Below are positions 9,689 to 18,974 of a stretch of 64,000 nucleotides of DNA, one piece after another. Position 1 is the stretch's first letter. Every line of letters begins with the position of its first letter. The translations under genes were made by a program, and so were the position numbers. The DNA comes from Flavobacteriales bacterium. GTDB taxonomy: Bacteria > Bacteroidota > Bacteroidia > Flavobacteriales > UBA7312. Below the pieces are notes generated by a model, which searched no databases, was not told the origin of the DNA, and saw only the letters and a program-made list of their open reading frames with translations. The stretch covers positions 48,908 through 112,907 of the forward strand of contig JADHMQ010000003.1 in NCBI GenBank assembly GCA_016779935.1, in the 5' to 3' direction.

Positions 9689-10275
9689 TAATAATTGCTT
9701 CTAAAGATTGTAGCAAAGATAATTTTTATATCCAAAAGGAAATTCTGATTGTAATAATACTCTAAATTAATTCTAACTTTTTCTGGAAAAATTACATCCA
9801 TATTATATTTCTCAGGATTATCCACCTTTGCTAATAATTGTTCTTCATTAGCGTACTTCAAACTGGCTGGACCAGTTATTCCTGGTCTTAATTCTAAAAT
9901 TTTTCTGTCCTCTCCTTCCAATACATCTGCAAATCCAGGAACATCTGGTCTTGGACCTACTAAACTCATCTGACCAATCAAGACATTCCAAAGCTCAGGC
10001 AACTCATCTAACTTTGTTTTTCTTAGAAATGCACCAACTTTGGTTATTCGCTTATCTCCTTTAACAGAAACTGTTGATGCAGAATCCTGCTGTACAACCA
10101 TTGTTCTAAACTTAACCATGAAGAAAGTTTTAGCGTATCTACCAACACGTTTTTGTTTAAATAACACTGGTCCGTCTGAACCTATTTTAATCGCAAGTGC
10201 GATCAAAATAAATATTGGTAATAAAAGCACTATGCCAATAAAAGAGGATAAAAAATCAAAAAATCGCTTAACCAT
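9688..10275 (-). CDS. Small monotopic phosphoglycosyl transferase (PglC/WcfS-like initiating sugar transferase)
   Basis: 195 aa. It has one N-terminal hydrophobic helix plus GPVLFKQKRVG..FRTM..DKRITKVGAFLRKTKLDELPELWNVLIGQMSLVGPRP. Confidence 0.85.
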   Translation of the reverse strand: MVKRFFDFLSSFIGIVLLLPIFILIALAIKIGSDGPVLFKQKRVGRYAKTFFMVKFRTMVVQQDSASTVSVKGDKRITKVGAFLRKTKLDELPELWNVLIGQMSLVGPRPDVPGFADVLEGEDRKILELRPGITGPASLKYANEEQLLAKVDNPEKYNMDVIFPEKVRINLEYYYNQNFLLDIKIIFATIFRSNY

Positions 10276-11059
10276 TAATTTGTGTTTTGTTTAACAACCA
10301 TTTTAGTATTCGTTCTGGACATATTATTATAAAAATATGACGAATAATACCAGGAATAAATTCAAATAAACTCAAATATTTAAACTTAATACTAATGTTA
10401 TACCATTGTTCCTTCTTTCTACGACCGACCAGATTAGACTCATATCTAAAATACATGAGATTTTGAACTAAATTTCTTAACACCGCTCCATTCTTTGACG
10501 CTCTTAACCAAAGTTCATAATCTTGGGATTTTAGTAAAGATTCATCATAGAAGCCAAATTTTTGAAAAAAATCGCTTTTGAACATAACGGAAGGGTGAAT
10601 CATGTCGCAGTTAAACTTCAAATCTTGAAAACGAACAACTTCTCTTACTTTTTTAACTCCAATAGTAGAGCCCTTATCATTTATTAGGATAGCATTACTT
10701 CCTAAAACATCAATATGAGTATTTTTATCTAAATAGTCAGACTGAACACCTAATCTTTCTTTCATACTCAAATCATCTGCGTCCATACGTGCAATGTATT
10801 TGAAACCTTGGCTTAAAGCTATTCGAATTCCTCTGTTTAAAACAGTTGGCAAACCTTTATTTTCTTTATACGGGATAATACTTACCTTATCTTTTGGGTA
10901 AGTATCGCATAGCTTATTGAGTTCGTTTGTTAACAGTCCGTCTTGACAAATAAAAAGATGACACTCAACCGTTTGATTCAAAATACTCTTTACAGCTAAA
11001 TCAAATAAAAGTGGAGAATCCGCTTTATAAACTGGAAGAACTACTGCAATTTTAGTCAT
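10268..11059 (-). CDS. Family 2 glycosyltransferase (GT-A fold)
   Basis: 263 aa. It has N-terminal IAVVLPVYK and a DxD-type ARMDADD motif. Confidence 0.75.
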   Translation of the reverse strand: MTKIAVVLPVYKADSPLLFDLAVKSILNQTVECHLFICQDGLLTNELNKLCDTYPKDKVSIIPYKENKGLPTVLNRGIRIALSQGFKYIARMDADDLSMKERLGVQSDYLDKNTHIDVLGSNAILINDKGSTIGVKKVREVVRFQDLKFNCDMIHPSVMFKSDFFQKFGFYDESLLKSQDYELWLRASKNGAVLRNLVQNLMYFRYESNLVGRRKKEQWYNISIKFKYLSLFEFIPGIIRHIFIIICPERILKWLLNKTQING

Positions 11060-12341
11060 TATGTATCATGTATAAATTTCTTTGACCATCATGAACTGAA
11101 TCAATAAAAAAGTATTTCTTATCCTTAGATATTCTTGGGTGTAAGTCACATCTTGTTTCGCCATAAAAACTAAAAGGCTCATAAAACTCTGCTATTCTTT
11201 CCACTTCATTAGTTTCAAAATCATAGGATAATAACTCCTTCATTCTTGACTTATTCGGGTAGGTGTCAGTAATCATCAAATTTTCATTTATATTTGGGTG
11301 ACCATCACCATAACCATTAAGTGAGTCTAGAGTAATTACTTTGTCAGTTTGAATATTAATGACATAATATCTATCTTCTTTATTTTCTCCTCTAAGATAA
11401 CCAACGATTTCTTTGGAGTTTTTCCAGAAACAGTGACTGACCATTTCATTATCTGAAAGACAACGAAGGTGACTGCCGTCTTTATTACAAATCATTAGTG
11501 CATCGCTTCTAACACCACCGTTAAACCATCTATGAAGGAACATAAATCGTTGGCCATCAGGGCTAATCATTATGTGATTTACTAGATGATTTGCATTTTC
11601 CATGCTTTTTTGATAGTGGCTCTTGATTATATCTTCCAACGATAAAATTAAAACAGAAGAGTTATCAGTTAAATTGATTGATACTATTCCTTCATTTTTT
11701 AAGTCAAACTCCTCATCTATTCTTTTTTTAGAAAAATAACCATAATCCGGTCTTAACTTAGCTAAGCGATCAAAATTTAGCGTTAGTGCATAATCTTCAA
11801 AGACATCGTATATGGGTAAATCTATATTTCTAAATCGATTATCCTTTAGATTATAAATCTTTGATTGATACTTATCTTCAGCCTCTAAGTAATCGTTAAA
11901 AATTATTTCATCATCGTTCAGCCATTGTAATTTTGCGCCTTGTTGCCAGTTAAATGCTTTAGTAGAAGATATATAGTTAGCTTGGAGAGTTTCAATATCA
12001 AATATCATGATATCAATTTGCTTACACTTATTTGGTTTAATTTTTGTGTCGAATGATGTAGAATGAAACAATACTTTTCTCCCATCGTTACTCATCGGTG
12101 ATCGATCATAGTAACCAAAAAAAGAATTATCAGATTTATCATTGGATATTTTAATAACCTTATTTGACGACTTAAATTGATATGGCTTCTTGTATCTTAG
12201 ATAGTTTACTCTTTGATATACATACTTTATGAAAAGTTTTAGCTTAGGGAAGGTCGTTAAAAGTTTGGCGATTAACCTTTCGCTTGCACTATACCTCATG
12301 AGCGACCGCTTAAAAGTGAAAATAATTGTATTCTTATCCAA
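11052..12341 (-). CDS. PD40/TolB-like beta-propeller protein of unknown function. The likely true start is ATG 12299, which gives a 4-bp ATGA overlap with the upstream GT2 gene.
   Basis: 429 aa in the track. PD40-like blade motifs are present: RSPMSNDGRKVLFHS, MISPDGQRFMFLH and DLHPRISKDKKYFFIDSVHDGQRNLYMI. I saw no signal peptide. Confidence 0.5.
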   Translation of the reverse strand: MDKNTIIFTFKRSLMRYSASERLIAKLLTTFPKLKLFIKYVYQRVNYLRYKKPYQFKSSNKVIKISNDKSDNSFFGYYDRSPMSNDGRKVLFHSTSFDTKIKPNKCKQIDIMIFDIETLQANYISSTKAFNWQQGAKLQWLNDDEIIFNDYLEAEDKYQSKIYNLKDNRFRNIDLPIYDVFEDYALTLNFDRLAKLRPDYGYFSKKRIDEEFDLKNEGIVSINLTDNSSVLILSLEDIIKSHYQKSMENANHLVNHIMISPDGQRFMFLHRWFNGGVRSDALMICNKDGSHLRCLSDNEMVSHCFWKNSKEIVGYLRGENKEDRYYVINIQTDKVITLDSLNGYGDGHPNINENLMITDTYPNKSRMKELLSYDFETNEVERIAEFYEPFSFYGETRCDLHPRISKDKKYFFIDSVHDGQRNLYMIHND

Positions 12342-13168
12342 TATAACAATGCGCTACTATGAAAATAGTACCTTATCTTTTCAGAAAAACTAAGTCCTGT
12401 CATTAATAAAATTGCTATTGAATCTCCGTTAAATCTAAGTGTTTCTGCAGCAGAGAGAGCTTCAAGTTTATTGATGTTTTTAAGCTCTAAAACGTCACGG
12501 TATTTTTCTAAAAATAAACGGTATATAATAAATCGCTTATGCATAGCTACTGTTTTCAGATGAAAAGGGTTTGTTCTACTACTAGAATTATTTTCATGAA
12601 TTCTATAATTAATTCCAATGATTGGAACGTGAATAATTTTCGCAAAGGATTTAATATGCTCTACGGTCCATTTATCCTCATTTGGCAGTATTTGCGGTAG
12701 TGGAAAAATCTTATTACATAGTGCTCTTGTTAACATGATAGTACCTCCAAGCATCGATCCTTTATCTTTCGCTTTTGGTGTAACAACACCATCAAACTTT
12801 TTAATTTCTGAGATTGTTTTAACTTTAGAAACTGAAGCTAAAAGGTCTTGTTCTTTACCAATAAGTGGCTCTAGACGTTTTGATAAAGAATCCTTAGTTA
12901 ATAAATCATCACCGGCAAAGTAACAAATGAATTTGCCGTTTGATGCCTCATAACCCATATTAAAAGCAATATTTTTACCCACGCCTTTAGTATCAATTAA
13001 GCTTATTCTTTTATCATTAAAAGATTTAATTTTCTGTGATGTGGAGTCGCTAGAACCATCATTGATGATAATGAGTTCAAAGTTAGAATACGTCTGATCA
13101 AGAACACTCTTTATCGCTTCTTCAATATAACGTTCCTCATTCTTGACTGGCATTAATATTGATATCAT
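12296..13168 (-). CDS. Family 2 glycosyltransferase
   Basis: 290 aa. ISILMPVKNEERYIEEAIKSVLDQTYSNFELIIINDGSSD is a classic GT2 N-terminus, and FAGDD is the DxD region. Confidence 0.8.
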   Translation of the reverse strand: MISILMPVKNEERYIEEAIKSVLDQTYSNFELIIINDGSSDSTSQKIKSFNDKRISLIDTKGVGKNIAFNMGYEASNGKFICYFAGDDLLTKDSLSKRLEPLIGKEQDLLASVSKVKTISEIKKFDGVVTPKAKDKGSMLGGTIMLTRALCNKIFPLPQILPNEDKWTVEHIKSFAKIIHVPIIGINYRIHENNSSSRTNPFHLKTVAMHKRFIIYRLFLEKYRDVLELKNINKLEALSAAETLRFNGDSIAILLMTGLSFSEKIRYYFHSSALLYWIRIQLFSLLSGRS

Positions 13169-13171
13169 ATA

Positions 13172-14512
13172 CTAATATTTTGACTTAATTATGTTGTAAA
13201 TAAAATTTGAGGTTATGTGAGCAAAAATAAATCCAAAATAGAAAACAATTGGAATGATTAAACATGTAAAAAATGCAAATAACTTAAAATCTGCTGTAAA
13301 TACAAGCTTAACTACAAATAAAAAATATAGAGGAATGCCAATAAAAAGGTAACGTTTATATGCAAATAATAACTTATGAATCATAAAATAATTTAATGAC
13401 ACAATTAAAGGCCCTAGTATAAAACCTAAGTAACCATATGAGGCCCATGCTCCGGACATATAATGAGAGTTCATAACTCCAAGCTCTAACGCATTTCCTT
13501 CAAGTTTAATCATTATATCTTTAGCTGAGTTAATATCTTCTAAGCCTGATATATTAAGAAGAATTTCTGGGGCACCTTGGAGAGTGTATTGAAAGGTTTC
13601 AAATGCTGGGAAATATTCAAAGCTCAAAAATAATCCGCCAATTTGTGATATGAATATCCTACGTCCAACTCGATAAAATAGATATTCTATCTGATCAAAA
13701 CCGATGCCTTTTGCGAAGCTGTAAAGAAGTACTGAAGCAATGATAATGTATAATACATAAATCAAATATTTCTTTTTAAAACCATTGACAAAAATTTGAA
13801 TTAAAATAATTGTCAAAATGAAATCCAAAATTGGTGCTTTTTGTGTGTCATGTAGCAAAAATAATACCGCAAGAATTACTGAAAGTCTATAAAGCCACTT
13901 GCATGGATAAGACATGATTTTGTGCACAAAAAACAATACTAAAGCAACTGATGGGATATAGTATTTTGCGAAAACATTATAAATAGCATTTACCCCCTCA
14001 AAGGATTCTGCATTTTGTATCCTAAGGATGGCTGCTTTTTTTATATCACCAGAAAGCAGCTCAACTAGAGGAATCTCGTTAAGTCCAAAATAAATATAAA
14101 TACATAACAAAATATCTAGCAAGACAATCATGTAAAGAAAAATGGACATGGACCGAACATCAAATTCAGAAGATGAAGTTATTTTTGGAATAGATAGGTT
14201 TGAAAAAAGCTTAGTATAAAGCCACATAAATAGACTAAATAAAATCGTAGAGGTAATAAGTGCTGTGAAAGCATGTATTCTAGAGTATAAAGACGTTTCT
14301 TTAAAGAATGTATCCTCACTTACAACACCCGAAATAAATAAAACTGAGCCTAGTAAACAAAAGACTCCTAATTGCATATAAAAGTTATATGAAATTATAT
14401 TAATATTTGATAACTTCATGCTAATCACAAAGTTGTCAAGAAAATAAATGACAGAAAAATAGACTGTAAGTGTTATTAATAGAAATACGCTAAATGTAAC
14501 TACTACTTCCAT
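13172..14512 (-). CDS. Polytopic membrane protein, candidate Wzy-type repeat-unit polymerase
   Basis: 446 aa with >=10 hydrophobic segments, very AT-rich. It lies between a Wzy_C-type gene and the glycosyltransferases. I could not recognise a diagnostic motif by eye. Confidence 0.45.
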   Translation of the reverse strand: MEVVVTFSVFLLITLTVYFSVIYFLDNFVISMKLSNINIISYNFYMQLGVFCLLGSVLFISGVVSEDTFFKETSLYSRIHAFTALITSTILFSLFMWLYTKLFSNLSIPKITSSSEFDVRSMSIFLYMIVLLDILLCIYIYFGLNEIPLVELLSGDIKKAAILRIQNAESFEGVNAIYNVFAKYYIPSVALVLFFVHKIMSYPCKWLYRLSVILAVLFLLHDTQKAPILDFILTIILIQIFVNGFKKKYLIYVLYIIIASVLLYSFAKGIGFDQIEYLFYRVGRRIFISQIGGLFLSFEYFPAFETFQYTLQGAPEILLNISGLEDINSAKDIMIKLEGNALELGVMNSHYMSGAWASYGYLGFILGPLIVSLNYFMIHKLLFAYKRYLFIGIPLYFLFVVKLVFTADFKLFAFFTCLIIPIVFYFGFIFAHITSNFIYNIIKSKY

Positions 14513-15714
14513 TGTTTATTGAGATATAGTGTAGGAATAGCAGAAAATAACATCCAAATACCGCTATATAAAAATGAACGGGCAAATAGTGTAAGAATTA
14601 AACAATGAACTCCAAATAGAAAAAAGAATTCCATAGGTCTATTCCATTCTTTTTTTACTACAGAAAAAAACAACTTTAAATAATTTCGAACTATAATAAC
14701 AATAATGCATACGAATGGAAAAAAACCATATTGCCTCAAGTATGAAAGAAAATTATGAATATAAGTGCCCGTATTTTTCTCAATTAAGACATCGCCCATG
14801 AATTGTCCCCAAAGCCAATTATCCTTAATTTCATTTAGTCCACTGTTCAGAATGTTTGTCCTCATGATAGCGGAAGTGTCTTGACCAAATGTTGCTAATC
14901 TAAACATCCTATTATTTGAATTGAGTCTAAAAAACTCTCTCCAATCATAGGTGAGTAAGCTCACAAAAGCCCCAGCAAACAATAACCATAAAAATCGCTT
15001 ATTTATCAAAATTAGACCTATAAAATTGATAATTAAAAAAGTATATAAAGATGCTCTTGATTTTAAAAAATATAAACACAAAAAAGAGAATAAAATCACT
15101 CCAATTCTGTAAACGAGTTTTCGACTATCTGCAATAATAAAAAAAGAGAGCATGGCATATGCATCAGACATCATCAAATAATTGTTATGTTCTCTTGTAA
15201 CCTCAATGGATGAGGTGAAAAAAGCTGATTTGTAATCTGTATAAATTAGCACAATTGCAGTAAAAACACACCAAAAGAAAATAAACAAGCGCTTAATTTT
15301 TTGTTTATTTAAAATACTTACTAGATAAAAACCCGTTAATAAAAATAAAGCTGCCCTAACTACTGATTCTGAAAAATAAAATAAAAAGAAATCCTGAATA
15401 CGATAAATCGGTTGCGACGTTATATATGGGAAATTAAGCAATTCATATAAGCCAATAAAAGAGATTAAAAGTATAGCTAATGACTGACTTAAATCTTTTG
15501 GAATTGAAAGCCTTTTCGAATTAAGCTTTAATATTATTTCAATAATTGCAATAGAAAGTAAAATAGCATAAATAATAGAGATATTTACCCTAACACCCTC
15601 ATGATGCCATTCAAAATATTTGATTATTGGCCTTATACAAGCTTCAATAGACAAGTAAAAAATAGCTATTGCCTCTAATAATGGGCTTTTGATTATTTTC
15701 TCTGTATTATCCAA
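14503..15714 (-). CDS. O-antigen ligase-like (Wzy_C domain) polytopic membrane protein
   Basis: 403 aa, multi-TM. The loop GTYIHNFLSYLRQYGFF resembles the conserved His-containing Wzy_C/WaaL motif. The track start is TTG. Confidence 0.5.
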   Translation of the reverse strand: MDNTEKIIKSPLLEAIAIFYLSIEACIRPIIKYFEWHHEGVRVNISIIYAILLSIAIIEIILKLNSKRLSIPKDLSQSLAILLISFIGLYELLNFPYITSQPIYRIQDFFLFYFSESVVRAALFLLTGFYLVSILNKQKIKRLFIFFWCVFTAIVLIYTDYKSAFFTSSIEVTREHNNYLMMSDAYAMLSFFIIADSRKLVYRIGVILFSFLCLYFLKSRASLYTFLIINFIGLILINKRFLWLLFAGAFVSLLTYDWREFFRLNSNNRMFRLATFGQDTSAIMRTNILNSGLNEIKDNWLWGQFMGDVLIEKNTGTYIHNFLSYLRQYGFFPFVCIIVIIVRNYLKLFFSVVKKEWNRPMEFFFLFGVHCLILTLFARSFLYSGIWMLFSAIPTLYLNKQWK

Positions 15715-15765
15715 ATCAACTAACCGTTTAACAAAAATATTGCGTTTTATTTATAAGGATTAACA

Positions 15766-17043
15766 CTAATTCCATTTAATATGAGGTCTTTTTGCAATAT
15801 AAATTATAATAACAAAACGAAGGATATAAAACAAAACCATCAAAGTAGAAAATAGTATTAAAAAATATTCAAAATCTAACTTAAATATATAAGCAATATA
15901 CATACTTAAAGCTGATAATAAAAACATAAGGAATTGCAGAAGAAGGGATAGCTTATGTGCTTCAAAGACACTATGAATAAGAGTTAATGGTGAAACAACA
16001 AAACGTATCATAAACATTGGTATCAAATACTGTGCATATACCCCCGCAATTCTCCATTCTTCACCAAAAACAAAGACAAAAAGATATTCTACAATAAAGA
16101 ATAATAGTCCAAAACCAAAGAATGAAATTAATCCCATTTTTTTGACGACACCCCATATCACATTAGAAACGTTAATGTTTTGATTTTTTAGTTCTGAAAC
16201 TTCCTTGAAAAATACTTGACCTAAAGAAGTGCTTACTAGTGTAAATGGCAAAACCAAAACTCTATAAACTAATGCAAAAAAACCTAATATACTGGTAGAG
16301 TAAACAATTGGAATGACAAGATTATTAAAATTTAAAGCTAGGTTATTGAAAAGCCCTGCCCACATTGCATATTTAGGGAAATCAACATATCTTTTAGCGA
16401 CTGACAATATTTTCTCTTTTTCAAAAGAAATTTTCTCAGACTTTTTTAAATTAAATAATAAAAAAAATGGAGCAACGATGGCAGAAATTATTCTTCCAAT
16501 CACCAATCCAAAAGCACCTGACCTAATCAAATGAAAAATTAACTGAGATATAGATAAACTAATAGATTTAAACACATTAGCTTTCGCAACTTTTTGAAAT
16601 TCTTTTTTTCTAGAGAAGTAATAATTTAATGTATTAAATAAGCCTACTAAAAACAGTACTAAAGGCACAAAATAAAGCCATGTAGAAATTCTATCGTCAC
16701 CTAACAACTCAACAAAATAAGAATGAAAAAGTGCAATGAACACAAATAACACTGCACAAAAGGCGAAAGAAATTAGTATACATAAAGCAACAATTGACCT
16801 AGATTTCTCATCTTCTTTTGGTAACATTACAGCTAATTCATACCTACCTGTTACAACTGCGCCAAAGATTGTTGTAAGGGATACAAATAAAGCCAAAACT
16901 CCAAAATCTTCAGGTCCATAAATACGAGTTAAAATCGGGGAAATTGCAACAGGTATTGCTTGAGAAATAGTTGTCCCAGTCATTAATGTCAAAACATTTT
17001 TGGCAAAAGATGACTTTGGAATAATATTTTTAAGAAGGTTCAT
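15766..17043 (-). CDS. wzx: Wzx-type oligosaccharide flippase (MOP superfamily)
   Basis: 425 aa with ~12 hydrophobic helices. The N-terminus TLMTGTTISQAIPVAISPILTRIYGPEDFGVLALFVS is typical of polysaccharide flippases. Confidence 0.7.
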   Translation of the reverse strand: MNLLKNIIPKSSFAKNVLTLMTGTTISQAIPVAISPILTRIYGPEDFGVLALFVSLTTIFGAVVTGRYELAVMLPKEDEKSRSIVALCILISFAFCAVLFVFIALFHSYFVELLGDDRISTWLYFVPLVLFLVGLFNTLNYYFSRKKEFQKVAKANVFKSISLSISQLIFHLIRSGAFGLVIGRIISAIVAPFFLLFNLKKSEKISFEKEKILSVAKRYVDFPKYAMWAGLFNNLALNFNNLVIPIVYSTSILGFFALVYRVLVLPFTLVSTSLGQVFFKEVSELKNQNINVSNVIWGVVKKMGLISFFGFGLLFFIVEYLFVFVFGEEWRIAGVYAQYLIPMFMIRFVVSPLTLIHSVFEAHKLSLLLQFLMFLLSALSMYIAYIFKLDFEYFLILFSTLMVLFYILRFVIIIYIAKRPHIKWN

Positions 17044-18044
17044 TAAGGTTTATAATAAGATAAATACCAATCAACAAACTTATTTATACCCTCATCGATT
17101 TTTGTCTCTGGTGCGTAACCTAGATCAGAAATTAAATTATCAACATTAGCATAAGTAGTTGTTACATCTCCAGCTTGAATTGGCTCAAATTGCTTAATGG
17201 CTTTTTTACCTAATGCATTTTCAATATTTTCTATAAAATGTAAAAGATTTACTGGTTTATTATTGCCAATATTATAAAGTTTATATGGCGGCTCATTTTG
17301 AAATCTTTTTGGCTTATTATCGATGACTCGAACTACTCCTTCAACAATATCATCTATATAAGTAAAATCTCTTTGCATATCGCCATGATTAAATACTTTG
17401 ATGGGTTTATTATTTAATATTGCTTTAGTGAATAAAAAGTATGCCATATCAGGTCTTCCCCATGGCCCGTAAACTGTAAAAAAACGCAAACCAGTAACTG
17501 GCAAATCATATAGGTGACTATATGAATAGGCCATCAATTCATTGGATTTTTTAGTGGCCGCATATAGACTTATTGGTCGATCAACGTTATCTTCCACAGA
17601 AAAAGGGGTTTTCTTATTCAAGCCATAAACACTAGAACTACTTGCATATACGAGATGCTCTATCTTAGCGTTCTTGCAACACTCAAGTATATTAGCAAAC
17701 CCAACAATGTTTGATTGAATATATGCTGAAGGATTTTCTAAACTATATCGAACCCCAGCTTGAGCCGCTAAGTGACATACTACTTGAAAATCATTTTCTA
17801 CAAATAAATTACGAATATTTTCAGAATCTGAAATATCTAAGTGAATAAAAGTAAACTTGTCATAAACCGAACTTGAAGAGCTATTATTTTCAATTCCTAG
17901 AAGTTTGAGCCTATCTTTTTTAAGGTTAACATCATAATAATCATTAATATTATCTACGCCAACAACTTCATTTCCTCTTTTCAATAATGAAGTAGCAACA
18001 TACGAACCAACAAAACCTGCAACACCTGTTACTAATATCTTCAT
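17043..18044 (-). CDS. NAD-dependent epimerase, UDP-glucuronate 4-epimerase family
   Basis: 333 aa. Supporting motifs are MKILVTGVAGFVGS, DNINDYYDVNLK, HLAAQAGVRYS, YASSSSVYG, YAATKK and TGLRFFTVYGPWGRPDMA. Confidence 0.8.
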   Translation of the reverse strand: MKILVTGVAGFVGSYVATSLLKRGNEVVGVDNINDYYDVNLKKDRLKLLGIENNSSSSSVYDKFTFIHLDISDSENIRNLFVENDFQVVCHLAAQAGVRYSLENPSAYIQSNIVGFANILECCKNAKIEHLVYASSSSVYGLNKKTPFSVEDNVDRPISLYAATKKSNELMAYSYSHLYDLPVTGLRFFTVYGPWGRPDMAYFLFTKAILNNKPIKVFNHGDMQRDFTYIDDIVEGVVRVIDNKPKRFQNEPPYKLYNIGNNKPVNLLHFIENIENALGKKAIKQFEPIQAGDVTTTYANVDNLISDLGYAPETKIDEGINKFVDWYLSYYKP

Positions 18045-18095
18045 TTGACTATTTTTATAAAAAACTTCTCGTTTCTTAGTTAGGTATTATCTAAA

Positions 18096-18971
18096 TTATT
18101 TTTCAGCTTTCATCCTTTTATTATAGAATCTAATAAGTCCAACTATTATTCCAAGTAAAAAGAAAATAACCGTCATAAGTCCGATTCTGATCCAGACTCT
18201 ATTTGCTGGTTTTTCTGGGACAGCAAACTTTTCGAAAAATTCGATAGGCTTCAACAACAATGTATATTTAGCTATTTGTTGTTGTTTTATAAATAGATTA
18301 ATGATTTGATTGTCTGTTTGAGAATATTGACTACTCATTTTAATTTCACTATAGTCACCTGTAGACTTATTACCTGCTTGATCTCTAACTCTTTTCAAAT
18401 CATCAATCTCTTTTGAAATCCTTTCAACCAACTGATTGCTTTGATCTAAATGTAATTGATAGTACTTCTGTATGTATGAATTATTATTAACGAAATATTC
18501 AATTCCTTTTTCAATATCTCTGATGTACTCATTATCATAGACTTCTAAAACAATCTGAAATTTATCCCTCTTCTGTTGAATATTCTCTCCATCAACAAAA
18601 AATAATTCTTCTGCTTCTAAAAAGCGTATGCTATTGGTTGCCTCAGGTGAAAGGTTAAGTTTTCTAGCAACAACATCCATTTCATCTTCATCAACTAATC
18701 TAGAAATATCATTGATGATATCAACCATTGCTTGCTGATCAAGTATTATCTTTTTACTTTTATAATCTACTTCTTCCGTTTCAAAATATGAAAGAGCTGA
18801 AGTTGCATAAGCAGTTGACTCATAATATGGTTTTGAAATAGTATCATATACAAACCCTAATACGGCTCCTAATAAAATAAAGGTTAATAATAGCCGACTA
18901 TTTTTGTAAAAAAAACGATATAAATTTGAGAAGAATAATGATAGGTCTAACTCATTTGATTGTTGCTTCAT
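18096..18971 (-). CDS. Wzz-like polysaccharide co-polymerase (chain-length determinant)
   Basis: 291 aa. It has an N-terminal TM after ELDLSLFF..., a long helical middle section, and PEKPANRVWIRIGLMTVIFFLLGIIVGL at the C-terminus. This is PCP-1 topology. Confidence 0.55.
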   Translation of the reverse strand: MKQQSNELDLSLFFSNLYRFFYKNSRLLLTFILLGAVLGFVYDTISKPYYESTAYATSALSYFETEEVDYKSKKIILDQQAMVDIINDISRLVDEDEMDVVARKLNLSPEATNSIRFLEAEELFFVDGENIQQKRDKFQIVLEVYDNEYIRDIEKGIEYFVNNNSYIQKYYQLHLDQSNQLVERISKEIDDLKRVRDQAGNKSTGDYSEIKMSSQYSQTDNQIINLFIKQQQIAKYTLLLKPIEFFEKFAVPEKPANRVWIRIGLMTVIFFLLGIIVGLIRFYNKRMKAEK

Positions 18972-18974
18972 AAT

